From Clostridia bacterium (GTDB lineage Bacteria; Bacillota; Clostridia; UBA1381): a stretch of 64,000 bases of DNA. Of this stretch, positions 26,451 through 37,029 are shown one piece after another. Position numbers and translations under genes: made by a program. Where the stretch lies: assembly GCA_017415105.1 (NCBI GenBank), contig JAFQJD010000004.1:55127-119126 (forward strand), given 5' to 3'. Each line of letters starts with the position of its first letter. Positions within the stretch are counted from its first letter, which is position 1. The notes beneath the pieces are model-generated. The model did no database searches, was not told the origin of the DNA, and was given only the letters and a program-made list of their open reading frames with translations.

Positions 26451-27470
26451 ATGAAAGAATTTTTAGGAGCAACAGCATTATCGTTAGTTCTTGCATTTGC
26501 AATTACGGCGGTTTTAGGGCCGGTGTTTATAAACTGGCTGCACAAGCTTAAATATGGACAGGAAATCCGTGAGGAAGGCCCTCTATGGCATCAGAAAAAA
26601 TCAGGTACACCCACAATGGGCGGAATAATGTTTATAACAGGCATTGGTGCATCGGTTATAATAAACCTCATTCTGACATCTGTAATGGGGAATATGAGTG
26701 CAACTGTGATAAAGGCACTTGTACTGTTCGTAATAGCTCTTGGCTTTGGTGCGATAGGCTTTGTTGACGATTACATAAAGGTAGTAAAAAAACGCAATCT
26801 CGGACTGACCGCAATTCAGAAATTCCTCCTTCAGCTTGCGTTCTCAGCGGCGTATGTGGTTATAATGTACTTTATGGGTATGCTTAAAACCACAGTAGTA
26901 ATCCCGTTTATAAAATACGCAGTCGAGCTGCCTTTGTGGCTCTATATTCCGTTTGTGATGTTCGTTGTGGTAGGTACGGTAAACGCCGTAAACCTTACAG
27001 ACGGTCTTGACGGACTTGCATCAAGTGTGACTGTTGTAACATCGCTGTTCTTTGCGGTATATGCATTTTTCTGTATGAGTGTGGCAGAGGCGGGCGTAAG
27101 CATATTTGCGATGGCAATAGCCGGCGGACTGTTAGGTTTTCTGATATTTAATAAATACCCCGCAAAGGTGTTTATGGGCGATACAGGTTCACTTTTCCTT
27201 GGCGGTGCGGTTGCACTTATGGCAGTTGATATGAATATGCATATCTATCTCATCATTGTCGGATTCGTGTATTTTGCAGAAACACTTTCCGTAATTCTAC
27301 AGACAGGATACTTCAAATACACAAAGAAAAAATACGGCGAAGGCCGCAGAATATTCAAAATGACACCCATACATCATCACTTTGAGATGCTCGGCTGGAA
27401 GGAAACGAAAATAGTAAAGGTATTTTCAGCAGTTACATTTATTTTGTGTATAATTTCAATTTTTGCTTAA
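26451..27470 (+). CDS. mraY: phospho-N-acetylmuramoyl-pentapeptide transferase
   Basis: Has TPTMGG, NAVNLTDGLDGLA, and HHHFE. Confidence 0.93.
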   Translation: MKEFLGATALSLVLAFAITAVLGPVFINWLHKLKYGQEIREEGPLWHQKKSGTPTMGGIMFITGIGASVIINLILTSVMGNMSATVIKALVLFVIALGFGAIGFVDDYIKVVKKRNLGLTAIQKFLLQLAFSAAYVVIMYFMGMLKTTVVIPFIKYAVELPLWLYIPFVMFVVVGTVNAVNLTDGLDGLASSVTVVTSLFFAVYAFFCMSVAEAGVSIFAMAIAGGLLGFLIFNKYPAKVFMGDTGSLFLGGAVALMAVDMNMHIYLIIVGFVYFAETLSVILQTGYFKYTKKKYGEGRRIFKMTPIHHHFEMLGWKETKIVKVFSAVTFILCIISIFA

Positions 27471-27489
27471 ATTGTGAAAGGAGCCGCTT

Positions 27490-28758
27490 ATGGCACAAAC
27501 AAGAAACAGTGGCGGAACACGCCGTGTAAGAACGTCTGAACGTCCGCCTGTGCAAAAGGCATCAGGCAGAAGACCTGCACCCCAGCATAAAGCACCGCAA
27601 AAAAAACAAGCGGCACGCCCCGCATCAAAAGCTATTTCAAAGGCCGCAGGTGTGAAGGATAAATTTCTTAATATGGGCGAGATGGACTACACACTTCTGT
27701 TCCTTATAATTCTTGTCGTGGTTGTGGGACTTATTGTCCTGCTTTCAGCATCTGCCCCGTCAGGCAAACGTATTTATGACGACTCCTACTACTACTTCAA
27801 ACGTCAGTTGTTTTTCGTAGTAGTCGGATTTGTCGGGATGATAATAATCTCAACACTTGAGCTTGAAAAATACATACAGTATGTACCCAAAGCCTTTATA
27901 GCATGCTTTATTATGCTTGTGCTTGTTCTTATTCCGGGAATAGGTATGGAGGTAAACGGTGCAAGACGTTGGTTCAACCTCGGCTTTATGCAGTTACAGC
28001 CATCGGAGTTTATGAAGCCTGTAATTGCGATGTATATAGCATATCTGGTACACATACAGTTAATTGATCTGCGTAAGCTGAAAAGCAATATGGCATGTGC
28101 GGGTATAGTTGGTGCGGTTGCACTGCTTCTTATGCTTGAAACTCACCTGAGCGGAACTCTGGTTATAGTTGGTATTGCGGTATGTGTTATGATTGCCGGC
28201 GGAACACCGATAAAGCCGTTGGCTCTGGGTATAGGCGTTGTTGCATTGATTTTTGTCATTTATCTGATGTTTGACGAAGTGCGAATGGCACGTGTTACGT
28301 CGCTGTTTGACCCGTTTGCTGACCCGCAGGGTACGGGATATCAGATTTCACAGAGTATATATGCCATAGGTTCGGGCAGGATTTTCGGGCTTGGTCTTGG
28401 CGAGAGTGTTCAGAAATACTCAAATCTGCCGGAGCCGTACAATGACTTTATATTCTCAATCGTATGTGAGGAGCTTGGCTTTGTGGGAGCAACAATAATT
28501 GTAATGTTGTTTGTAGCATTGTTTTTGCGTGCTATGCGTGTTGCTGTAAACGCACCTGATGCATGGTCATCGCTTGTGTGTGTAGGTATTGCATCACAGA
28601 TAGGTATTCAGACGGTACTTAATATGGGAGTGGCAATATCACTTATCCCGAACACCGGTGTATCCCTTCCGTTCTTCAGCTACGGCGGTACGTCGGTTAT
28701 GACGTTGCTTCTTGAAATGGGTATACTTCTTAACGTATCCCGACGTGCAGTAAAATAA
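27490..28758 (+). CDS. ftsW: SEDS-family FtsW/SpoVE lipid II flippase/glycosyltransferase
   Basis: SEDS motifs (QPSEFMK, LPEPYNDFIFS, PFFSYGGTS) and a basic Pro-rich N-terminal extension of about 60 aa. Confidence 0.88.
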   Translation: MAQTRNSGGTRRVRTSERPPVQKASGRRPAPQHKAPQKKQAARPASKAISKAAGVKDKFLNMGEMDYTLLFLIILVVVVGLIVLLSASAPSGKRIYDDSYYYFKRQLFFVVVGFVGMIIISTLELEKYIQYVPKAFIACFIMLVLVLIPGIGMEVNGARRWFNLGFMQLQPSEFMKPVIAMYIAYLVHIQLIDLRKLKSNMACAGIVGAVALLLMLETHLSGTLVIVGIAVCVMIAGGTPIKPLALGIGVVALIFVIYLMFDEVRMARVTSLFDPFADPQGTGYQISQSIYAIGSGRIFGLGLGESVQKYSNLPEPYNDFIFSIVCEELGFVGATIIVMLFVALFLRAMRVAVNAPDAWSSLVCVGIASQIGIQTVLNMGVAISLIPNTGVSLPFFSYGGTSVMTLLLEMGILLNVSRRAVK

Positions 28759-28781
28759 CAATCGACGAAAGGACATTTAAT

Positions 28782-29885
28782 ATGAGAGTAATATTTGCCG
28801 GTGGCGGTACCGGCGGACACATAAACCCTGCTATATCAATAGCAGACTATGCAAAATCGCAGGATAGCGAGCTTTGTGCATTGTTTATAGGCACACAGAG
28901 AGGTCTTGAGAGCAAGCTCGTCCCGAAGGCAGGATATGATATTAAATATATAGACATACAGGGCTTCAACCGTAAAAATCTGTTAAAGAATGTTTCTGTT
29001 ATTGCAAAGCTTATAAAATCAAGAATGGACTGCAGAAAAATAATCCGTGAGTTTAAGCCGGACTGCGTTGTATGCACAGGCGGATACGTAAGCGGTCCTG
29101 TCATTATGGCAGCGGCAAAGGAGGGTGTTCCCTCACTCATTCACGAGCAGAACGTGTATCCGGGACTTACCGTAAAGGGCTCGGAGAAGTATGCCCACTA
29201 CCTTGCTGTAAGCTTTGATGAAACAGTAAATCTTATGAGTGCAAAAGAAAAGTGCGTTGTTACGGGTAACCCGATACGTACACAGATACTTGACGCAAAC
29301 AAAGAAGAAGCACGCAAAAAGCTTGGCATAGATAAGCCGTTCGTGCTTGTCTTCGGCGGAAGCCTCGGTGCACAGCGGATTAACGAAACTATGCTTCAGA
29401 TTATACCGAGGCTTAAACAAAACGGAAATGTGAAGCTCCTTTTCGGAACAGGCGAGAGAAACTATGAGTCAATCCGCTCGGCTGTATCAAAGATGGGTAT
29501 ATCTGAGGATGACGAAAATATTGAGATAGTTCCGTATATAGACAATATGGCAGAGGTTATGTCGGCAGCAGATGTAGTTGTTGCACGTTCAGGTGCGATA
29601 ACCGTTTCAGAGCTTGCCGCACTCGGCAAACCGTCGGTGCTTATCCCGTCACCGAATGTTGTGCGTAACCATCAGGAGCAGAACGCACGTGAATTTGAGA
29701 AAAACGGTGCGGCAGAGGTTATAACCGAAGCGGGGCTTACAGCGGATGTTCTCTATAAAAAGGTTACGGAATTGCTTGAGGATGAGACAAAGCTCAATGA
29801 AATGTCAGATAATCTTATAAAAATGGCAAAAACAGACGCATTGCCGAAGATTTATGAACTTATGATAAAAATGTCGGAGAAGTGA
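28782..29885 (+). CDS. murG: UDP-GlcNAc:lipid I N-acetylglucosamine transferase
   Basis: Has AGGGTGGHINPA, and the GT28 N- and C-terminal domains. Confidence 0.92.
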   Translation: MRVIFAGGGTGGHINPAISIADYAKSQDSELCALFIGTQRGLESKLVPKAGYDIKYIDIQGFNRKNLLKNVSVIAKLIKSRMDCRKIIREFKPDCVVCTGGYVSGPVIMAAAKEGVPSLIHEQNVYPGLTVKGSEKYAHYLAVSFDETVNLMSAKEKCVVTGNPIRTQILDANKEEARKKLGIDKPFVLVFGGSLGAQRINETMLQIIPRLKQNGNVKLLFGTGERNYESIRSAVSKMGISEDDENIEIVPYIDNMAEVMSAADVVVARSGAITVSELAALGKPSVLIPSPNVVRNHQEQNAREFEKNGAAEVITEAGLTADVLYKKVTELLEDETKLNEMSDNLIKMAKTDALPKIYELMIKMSEK

Positions 29886-29890
29886 TTTAA

Positions 29891-30949
29891 GTGAAAGGTG
29901 AAAAAATACTCGCATTTATTGCTGTTTGTCTTATAGCTATTGGTGTAATCGGTGCAAAAACTACGAAAGCACCGCAAGATAAGGCAGAGCCGACGGAAAC
30001 TCCTGTTGTAACAGAAGCACCGTTACGCACGCTCACCATAACCGCGACCGGCGACTGCACGTTTGCAACGGACGTAAACGCGAGCCGTGAGCTTGGGTTT
30101 GTAAGCTATGCCGAGCGTTACGGCACTGACTGGTTCTTTGAAAATGTTCGTGATATATTCAGTGAGGATGACCTGACAATAGTCAATTTCGAGGGTACAC
30201 TTTCAGACCGTGGTACACGTGAAATGAAGCAGTTTGCATTCCGTGGTGACCCCGAATATGTCAACGCATTGTCCGATTCAAGTGTAGAAGCGGCAAACCT
30301 TGCCAATAACCACAGTATGGACTACGGCGAGGTTTCGCTCATTGATACAAAGAAATACCTTGACGAAAACGGTATTCTTCACTGCCGTGGTGAAGAGGAT
30401 GTTGCAATAGCAGAGATAAACGGAATAAAGGTCGGGCTTGTGGGTATAAACTACTTAAACGACGTTATGCGTACAGAGCTTGAGGATGCAATTAAGAAGG
30501 CAAAGGATATGGGTGCAGAGCTTGTAATTCTATCTATTCATTGGGGAGTTGAAAAGGCAACCGCACCAAATGAGGACCAGAAACAGGCAGCATATACTGC
30601 AATCGATTGCGGTGCGGACCTCGTAATTGGTACACACCCCCATGTGCTGCAGGGCTTTGAAAAGTACAAGGGCAGATATATCTGCTACAGCCTTGGTAAT
30701 TTCTCGTTTGGCGGCAACAATGCACCGTCAGATATGGACACGGCAATTTTCAGACAGACCTTTACATTAAAGGGAGACGAGCTTCTTGATGATGACAATG
30801 TCGAGATAATCCCGTGCCGTATTTCAAGTGCTGACGGGTACAATAACTATCAGCCAACACCTGCAACCGGTGCAAAGCGTGACAGAATTATAGACAGGCT
30901 CACCACCTATACCGAAAACCTCGGCGGGCCGGAGTTGAACTTCAGATGA
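29891..30949 (+). CDS. CapA/PGA-synthesis-family metallophosphatase-like membrane-anchored protein
   Basis: GTG start. N-terminal TM, then ANNHSMDYG, SIHWGVE and GTHPHVLQG. Confidence 0.75.
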   Translation: MKGEKILAFIAVCLIAIGVIGAKTTKAPQDKAEPTETPVVTEAPLRTLTITATGDCTFATDVNASRELGFVSYAERYGTDWFFENVRDIFSEDDLTIVNFEGTLSDRGTREMKQFAFRGDPEYVNALSDSSVEAANLANNHSMDYGEVSLIDTKKYLDENGILHCRGEEDVAIAEINGIKVGLVGINYLNDVMRTELEDAIKKAKDMGAELVILSIHWGVEKATAPNEDQKQAAYTAIDCGADLVIGTHPHVLQGFEKYKGRYICYSLGNFSFGGNNAPSDMDTAIFRQTFTLKGDELLDDDNVEIIPCRISSADGYNNYQPTPATGAKRDRIIDRLTTYTENLGGPELNFR

Positions 30950-30954
30950 TAAAG

Positions 30955-30977
30955 AGCAAGCAACTGCTTGCTTTTTT
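30955..30977 (+). terminator. intrinsic terminator ending the dcw unit
   Basis: AGCAAGC aact GCTTGCT followed by TTTTT. Confidence 0.7.
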
Positions 30978-30989
30978 CTGTGTTTTTAC

Positions 30990-31018
30990 TTGAAAAAATA
31001 CGTGCAATGTGTTATACT
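30990..31018 (+). promoter_or_regulatory. sigma-A type promoter
   Basis: TTGAAA, a 17 nt spacer with TGT, then TATACT. Confidence 0.5.
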
Positions 31019-31058
31019 GAATTCAAAGTAAACTTTAAATGCGAAAGGAATATCAGAT

Positions 31059-31763
31059 ATGAATGTTTTAGCAATAGGATGTCATCCTGACGACATCGAA
31101 ATCAATTGTGCCGGCACACTGGCAAAATGCGTTAAAAGAGGCGATAATGTTACAGTATGCCACGTTTGTAACGGTAATCTGGGTCATGTTATAATTGAGC
31201 CCGATGAGCTGGCAGAAATCCGTAAGCAGGAAGCAATTAGTGCAGGAAAGCTTGCAGGCATCAAAGTTGTAACATGTGATATCGGAGACCTGATGGCATA
31301 TGAATCAAGCAAGGAACAGAGAGATAAGGTCGTTGATATTATCCGTGAGGCACAGCCTGACTTCATTATCACTCATGCACCTAACGACTATATGCCCGAC
31401 CACGTTGCAGTAAGCCGTCTTGTGTTTGATGCAGCATTTGCGGCAAGTGTTCCGCATTATGTATCGGGATGTATGACACCTTCTCAGGTCACACCCATTT
31501 TCTATATGGATAATCTTGGCGGAAACGAGTTTTTGCCGACAGAATATGTTGATATCACAGAGGAAATCGACCTTAAGCTTGAGATGCTTGAATGTCATGA
31601 GAGTCAGCTCAAGTGGATGCGTGAGCACGACAATATCGACTTTGCAGATATGGTAAAAACCATCTCAAAATACCGCGGATACCAGTGCGGAGCAACATAT
31701 GCAGAAGCTTTTGCACAGTGTATGGTATATCCCAAACCGACAACAAAGAGGATGTTACCGTAA
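31059..31763 (+). CDS. PIG-L/LmbE-family N-acetylglucosaminyl deacetylase
   Basis: Has the AIGCHPDDIEI motif and conserved His/Asp residues. Confidence 0.8.
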   Translation: MNVLAIGCHPDDIEINCAGTLAKCVKRGDNVTVCHVCNGNLGHVIIEPDELAEIRKQEAISAGKLAGIKVVTCDIGDLMAYESSKEQRDKVVDIIREAQPDFIITHAPNDYMPDHVAVSRLVFDAAFAASVPHYVSGCMTPSQVTPIFYMDNLGGNEFLPTEYVDITEEIDLKLEMLECHESQLKWMREHDNIDFADMVKTISKYRGYQCGATYAEAFAQCMVYPKPTTKRMLP

Positions 31764-31802
31764 ACCTGTTACTACAACAATTCAATTTACAAGTGAGGGC
31801 AC

Positions 31803-34190
31803 ATGAAAAAAGTTTTGAAAATACTCGAATTCGATAAAATCCTTGATAAAATGCAGGATTATACCGAATCCGAGCCGGTCAAAAAAAGAATAATGAAGCT
31901 TGAGCCGTTTTCTGACATAGAAAAGGCAAAAGAAGCACAGAAAGAGACTACCGAGGCGATGTCAACACTCTTAAAGCTTGGCAATATGCCCGTTAATCTC
32001 TCTGTTTGTGATGTCCGGAACAGTGTAAAACGTGCCGAGCAGGGCGGAATCCTGACACCGCACGAGTTTATTGATATTGCACGTGTATTATATGTTGCAA
32101 GACGTATGAAGTCGTATCTTTCAGAGATTTCAGAGGAATGTAGCGTTCTTGCCCAAAAACGTGAAAAACTGCTTACTGCCAAAGCCCTTGAGGATAAGAT
32201 AAATGCGTGCATAGTATCTGAAAGCGAGATTGCAGACGATGCATCAGCGGAATTGTCTGCTATACGCCGTAAGATGAAAAATCTTAACGGCAAGATAAAA
32301 GAAACACTTAATTCTATGATACACAGTGCACATTATAAAAAGTTTCTGCAGGACCCGATCGTTACAATGCGTTCTGACAGATACGTTATCCCTGTGCGTG
32401 CGGAGTATAAATCGGAAGTTCCAGGAATTGTGCACGACACATCAGCTACAGGGCTCACGCTCTTTATCGAGCCGATGGGCGTTGTGAACTCAAATAACGA
32501 GATACGTGACCTTAAAAACAAGGAACAACGTGAGATAGAAAAAATACTTGCCGGGCTGTCGGTGTCAGTAACGGAGAACTCACACGAGATTTTTGTTGAT
32601 GTAGTTGAGATTTTAGAGCTTGATTTCATATTCGCAAAGGGTAAACTTTCGCTTGATATGAACGCAACTGAGCCGGTTCTCAACAGCGATGGCATAATAA
32701 ACTACAAACGTGCCAGACACCCCCTTATTGACAAGGACAAGGTTGTCGCAAACGATATATCGTTTGGTAAGGACACCGACACACTTGTGGTTACAGGTCC
32801 GAATACCGGAGGCAAAACCGTAACACTAAAAACAGTGGGACTTTTGTCTGTTATGGCAGCATCAGGACTGCACATCAGTGCAAGCGAGGGCTCGGATGCA
32901 GCAGTATTCTCAAAAATATATGCCGATATAGGCGATGAGCAGTCAATAGAGCAGAGCCTGTCAACGTTCTCGTCGCATATGGTTAATATAGTAAAAATTT
33001 TGAAGAATGTGGACAGTAACACCCTTGCTCTTTTTGACGAGCTTGGTGCAGGAACAGACCCGACAGAAGGTGCGGCACTTGCCATTGCCATACTTGAGCA
33101 TTTAAGAGCAAAGGGCGTAAAAACGCTTGCCACCACGCATTACAGTGAGCTGAAAATCTTTGCACTGACAACCGACGGCGTTTTAAATGCATCGTGTGAG
33201 TTTGATGTTAAAACACTTCAACCGACATATAAGCTGTTAATAGGAGTACCGGGAAAATCAAACGCATTTGCAATTTCACGCAGGCTTGGTCTTGCGGAAA
33301 GTATAATAGACCGTGCAAATACCGTGTTGTCTGATGAGGATATACGCTTTGAGGACGTTATAGGCGACCTTGAACGCTCACGTGCCGAAGCAACACGTGA
33401 TGCTGAGGAGAACGCAAGGCTTAAGCGGGTGCTAAAGGATTTGCGAAAAGAAATAGAGCGTGATAGAGAAAAGCTTAAAAAGAACAAGTCACGAATACTT
33501 GACGAGGCACACCGTGAGGCGAAAATAATCGTAATGGACGCAAAAAGCGAGGCAAACGAGATTATCCGTGACCTTGAAAAAATGCGTCAAAAGGGCATTA
33601 AATCGGGCAATATAGAGGACAAAAAGCAGAAGGTGCGTGACACACTCAAAAAGCGTGAGGACACACTTGACGAGAAAATGAAACGTGCCTCAAAGCCGAA
33701 AGAACGGTTTGTTGATCCGCCAAAGAACCTGAAGCCGGGCGAGAGTGTCAAAATTATCGACCTTGACCAGGAAGCGGTAGTTCTGAAAGTCCCCGATAAA
33801 TCGGGCAATGTGCGTGTTGAGGCAGGTATTATCAAAATGGATGTGCATATCACAAACCTGCGAAGAATTGATACAACAGAGGCAGAAAAGGCGAAAGTTG
33901 CACAGTATATTCCGCCCGTCCGCACATTTGAGTCAAAGACAAAAAATGCAACAACCGAGCTTGATGTACGTGGTCAGTACCCCGAAGAAGCATGGGCAAA
34001 TACGGAAAAATTCATTGACGACTGTTACCTCGCAGGAATTTCGCCGGTGCGGATTGTACACGGCAAGGGTACGGGCGTGTTAAAGAAGCATATCAGAGAA
34101 ATGTTAAGGCGTCACAGATATGTTGTGTCGCACCGTCCCGGAATATTTGGCGAGGGCGAGGACGGTGTAACGGTTGTTGAACTGAAGTGA
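31803..34190 (+). CDS. mutS2: endonuclease MutS2
   Basis: MutS ATPase (GPNTGGKT, DELGAGTDP), a coiled-coil region and a C-terminal Smr domain (LDVRGQ..HGKGTG). Confidence 0.92.
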   Translation: MKKVLKILEFDKILDKMQDYTESEPVKKRIMKLEPFSDIEKAKEAQKETTEAMSTLLKLGNMPVNLSVCDVRNSVKRAEQGGILTPHEFIDIARVLYVARRMKSYLSEISEECSVLAQKREKLLTAKALEDKINACIVSESEIADDASAELSAIRRKMKNLNGKIKETLNSMIHSAHYKKFLQDPIVTMRSDRYVIPVRAEYKSEVPGIVHDTSATGLTLFIEPMGVVNSNNEIRDLKNKEQREIEKILAGLSVSVTENSHEIFVDVVEILELDFIFAKGKLSLDMNATEPVLNSDGIINYKRARHPLIDKDKVVANDISFGKDTDTLVVTGPNTGGKTVTLKTVGLLSVMAASGLHISASEGSDAAVFSKIYADIGDEQSIEQSLSTFSSHMVNIVKILKNVDSNTLALFDELGAGTDPTEGAALAIAILEHLRAKGVKTLATTHYSELKIFALTTDGVLNASCEFDVKTLQPTYKLLIGVPGKSNAFAISRRLGLAESIIDRANTVLSDEDIRFEDVIGDLERSRAEATRDAEENARLKRVLKDLRKEIERDREKLKKNKSRILDEAHREAKIIVMDAKSEANEIIRDLEKMRQKGIKSGNIEDKKQKVRDTLKKREDTLDEKMKRASKPKERFVDPPKNLKPGESVKIIDLDQEAVVLKVPDKSGNVRVEAGIIKMDVHITNLRRIDTTEAEKAKVAQYIPPVRTFESKTKNATTELDVRGQYPEEAWANTEKFIDDCYLAGISPVRIVHGKGTGVLKKHIREMLRRHRYVVSHRPGIFGEGEDGVTVVELK

Positions 34191-34197
34191 GGCAGAA

Positions 34198-34683
34198 ATG
34201 GCAAAGAATAAAGTAGCCGTAACGAACGCAATGCGTATTTTAAAAGCGGCAAAGATAGATTTTAAAGAAGTAGAGTATGAGGCGGACGAGGTTGGCTCTG
34301 CGTTCGGAGAAAAGATTTCCGAGCTTACCGGAATATCGCCCGATATATCACTTAAAACTCTCGTTGCACGGGGTGACAAAACAGGAATTATGGTTGCGTG
34401 CATCCCCGTAAAAAGCGAGATAGATTTAAAAAAACTTGCAAAGGTATCGGGCAACAAAAAGGTCGAGATGATACACGTTAAGGAGCTTTTGGACCTTACG
34501 GGCTATATCCGTGGCGGAGTATCGCCGATTGGTATGAAAAAGCAATACCCGACATATGTGGAAGAAACAGCACAGACGTATGAGGAAATCGCAGTAAGCG
34601 GAGGCAGATGCGGTATAACGCTTTTAATGTCACCCGAAGATTTAAAAAAAGTAACAAACTGCGAATTTGCAGATTTAGTATAG
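34198..34683 (+). CDS. ybaK: Cys-tRNA(Pro)/Cys-tRNA(Cys) deacylase YbaK
   Basis: YbaK/EbsC family features (TNAMRIL, GYIRGGVSPIG). Confidence 0.85.
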   Translation: MAKNKVAVTNAMRILKAAKIDFKEVEYEADEVGSAFGEKISELTGISPDISLKTLVARGDKTGIMVACIPVKSEIDLKKLAKVSGNKKVEMIHVKELLDLTGYIRGGVSPIGMKKQYPTYVEETAQTYEEIAVSGGRCGITLLMSPEDLKKVTNCEFADLV

Positions 34684-34692
34684 GAGGAAACT

Positions 34693-35955
34693 ATGAGTAT
34701 TTTTAAGGCGGCAGATATACTATTGCCAAAGAATGTGGATTTTGCAAAATGGAGTGTGGTTGCGTGCGACCAGTATTCATCAGAGCCGGAGTATTGGAAA
34801 AAGGCGGCAGAACTTGCAGAGGGAAGCCCAAGCACATTAAACATCATTTACCCCGAAGCATATCTTTCGGAAGCTGACGGGGATAAGAGAATAGAAAAAA
34901 TAAACCGCACAATGGAGCAGTATCTTGATGACGGTATATTTAACGAGTATAAAGATAGTCTCATATACGTAGAGAGAACACAGCAGAACGGCAAAACAAG
35001 ATGTGGTATAGTAGGCTGTATTGACCTTGAAGCATACGACTATTCTGTTGGTTCGCAGTCACCTGTACGAGCAACAGAGGGGACAATAATCTCACGCATA
35101 CCGCCAAGACAGAGAATCCGCCGTAATGCTCCGCTTGAGCTTCCGCATATCCTTATGCTTGCAGACGACAGAGAAAGAGAAATAATAGAAACACTTGCGG
35201 GGATTAAAGATAAGCTTGAGATTGTATATGATTTTGAACTTATGCAGGGTGGGGGACATATAAAAGGCTGGTTGCTTGATAGTGCAACAAAGGCGGATGT
35301 TCTTGCAAAGGTTGGGAAGCTTGAGTGCCCTGATGCGTTTGAGAAAAAGTATGGTGTAAAGGACAAAGGCGTTCTTGCAATCGCTGTAGGTGACGGCAAT
35401 CACTCGCTTGCAACGGCTAAAGCCTGCTGGGAGGAAATTAAAAAGACACTCACGCCCGAGGGACAGAAAAACCATCCGGCACGGTTTGCGTTGGCAGAGC
35501 TTGAAAACCTGCACGATGATGCACTTGAATTTGAACCGATACACAGAGTAGTATTTGACGTTGATCCCGAAACTGTTATAAAGGCTATGTACGAATATTA
35601 TCCGCAGATGACTGAAACTGACAACGGGGGACAGAAAATCGTAATTACATATCAGGGCACGGAAAAAGCTGTTTATATAACTGATGCACCTGCAAACCTT
35701 GCAGTCGGAACATTCCAGCAGTTTATGGATAAATATCTTTCAGAGAATAAAGGAGAGATTGACTATATCCATGGTGCAGATGTTGTGAGAAACCTTACAA
35801 AGCCCGAGAACACAATCGGATTTATATTCGATGCAATGGAAAAGAACGACTTGTTCACCACTGTTATAAAAGACGGTGCACTTCCAAGAAAGACTTTCTC
35901 AATGGGAGAGTCGTATGATAAGCGTTTTTACCTCGAATGCAAAAAAATTAAATAA
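34693..35955 (+). CDS. DUF1015-family protein
   Basis: Has the family-typical VVACDQY and GDGNHSLATAK. Confidence 0.8.
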   Translation: MSIFKAADILLPKNVDFAKWSVVACDQYSSEPEYWKKAAELAEGSPSTLNIIYPEAYLSEADGDKRIEKINRTMEQYLDDGIFNEYKDSLIYVERTQQNGKTRCGIVGCIDLEAYDYSVGSQSPVRATEGTIISRIPPRQRIRRNAPLELPHILMLADDREREIIETLAGIKDKLEIVYDFELMQGGGHIKGWLLDSATKADVLAKVGKLECPDAFEKKYGVKDKGVLAIAVGDGNHSLATAKACWEEIKKTLTPEGQKNHPARFALAELENLHDDALEFEPIHRVVFDVDPETVIKAMYEYYPQMTETDNGGQKIVITYQGTEKAVYITDAPANLAVGTFQQFMDKYLSENKGEIDYIHGADVVRNLTKPENTIGFIFDAMEKNDLFTTVIKDGALPRKTFSMGESYDKRFYLECKKIK

Positions 35956-36122
35956 GTCACTCAGCTGTGCATAAGTTCACCAATGAAAACAAGTTTTCTG
36001 GTGTCGATTGTCTTACACTTTTGTGCTTGATCACCTGACAACATTAATTTTTAACCTTTTACAGATGGTTGACGCTATGTGAATGAAGTTATATCAGGAA
36101 TATATTTGTATGGAGAGATAGT

Positions 36123-36359
36123 ATGAATTTGTATAGCAGATTAAATGAAATTGAAAAAAAATATCAGCTGAACCGAGAGTTAAAATTAAGGGTGATATGT
36201 GTGGACGGTGATGTGATTGAAGGATACTTTGACGGATATACAGATGCTTTAAACAATGAGCCGGAAATTACTCAATTAGAGTTGCGGTGCAATTTTGATT
36301 ATTCCGGTATAGTGTGTATTTTCGAGACCAAAATCACATCTATCGAGGTGGTTGAGTAA
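36123..36359 (+). CDS. hypothetical small protein (78 aa)
   Basis: GGAGAG RBS, AT-rich codons, and no recognisable family. Confidence 0.45.
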   Translation: MNLYSRLNEIEKKYQLNRELKLRVICVDGDVIEGYFDGYTDALNNEPEITQLELRCNFDYSGIVCIFETKITSIEVVE

Positions 36360-36516
36360 AATAATAACCTGATAAATCAGCCTGTAAGTTACAGAATGGC
36401 GAATTTGAATGCGCGAAGTGACTATACCATGAAATCTGCTTAAAAAGATGAATATGTTAAAATAAAAGCTTATATCATGGTAAGTTCAGCAACTGAAGAT
36501 ATATTGGAGTGATTAT

Positions 36517-36774
36517 ATGTCAAATGTCGACACGTATAAGCTACGGAATTTTGATGAATTATTAGAAGCAGTGGAGACTGGTCTGGATGTTGAGTTTTTT
36601 ATAGATGAGGTCAGGTACAATATATCATGGAGCGGAGGAAAGCCATTTATCTGCATCTGCCCGTATGGGGATGCCATATTTTTCGAAGATGCAAATGATT
36701 TGCTTTGTGAATATAAAGTTAACGGAACATCAATAAAAGAATTATGGAAAGATATAAATATCTATTCTATGTAA
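36517..36774 (+). CDS. hypothetical small protein (85 aa)
   Basis: GGAG RBS. The C-terminal half resembles that of the 36799 ORF (..GD....A.D......NG.S/T..E..). Confidence 0.45.
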   Translation: MSNVDTYKLRNFDELLEAVETGLDVEFFIDEVRYNISWSGGKPFICICPYGDAIFFEDANDLLCEYKVNGTSIKELWKDINIYSM

Positions 36775-36798
36775 TTCGATTTTTGGATTGGGTGTTTT

Positions 36799-37029
36799 AT
36801 GATAATTAATAAAATTAAACAACGTTTGAGTGAAATGTGTACGCATATTCTGTTCAATTATAATGGAGTACAGTGCGGAATAGACCACATATCTCCAACA
36901 CGTTTTGATATGTGGTATGGAGACAAAGTCTATGAAGCAAAAAACATTGAAAGTGTTATGAATGCAGCTATTTTCAATGGAAAAACATTAGGTGAAATAA
37001 TCGGAAATGTTCATAATCTTGAATTATAG
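36799..37029 (+). CDS. hypothetical small protein (76 aa), a distant paralog of 36517
   Basis: Similar length and C-terminal pattern (WYGDKVYEAKNIESVMNAAIFNGKTLGEII). The RBS is weak. Confidence 0.4.
   Translation: MIINKIKQRLSEMCTHILFNYNGVQCGIDHISPTRFDMWYGDKVYEAKNIESVMNAAIFNGKTLGEIIGNVHNLEL

Noticed and set aside
35978-36003. Hairpin CACCAATGAAAAC aa GTTTTCTGGTG after the DUF1015 gene, considered as a terminator
   Set aside because: The stem is bulged and there is no downstream T tract, so the support is too weak to call a terminator.
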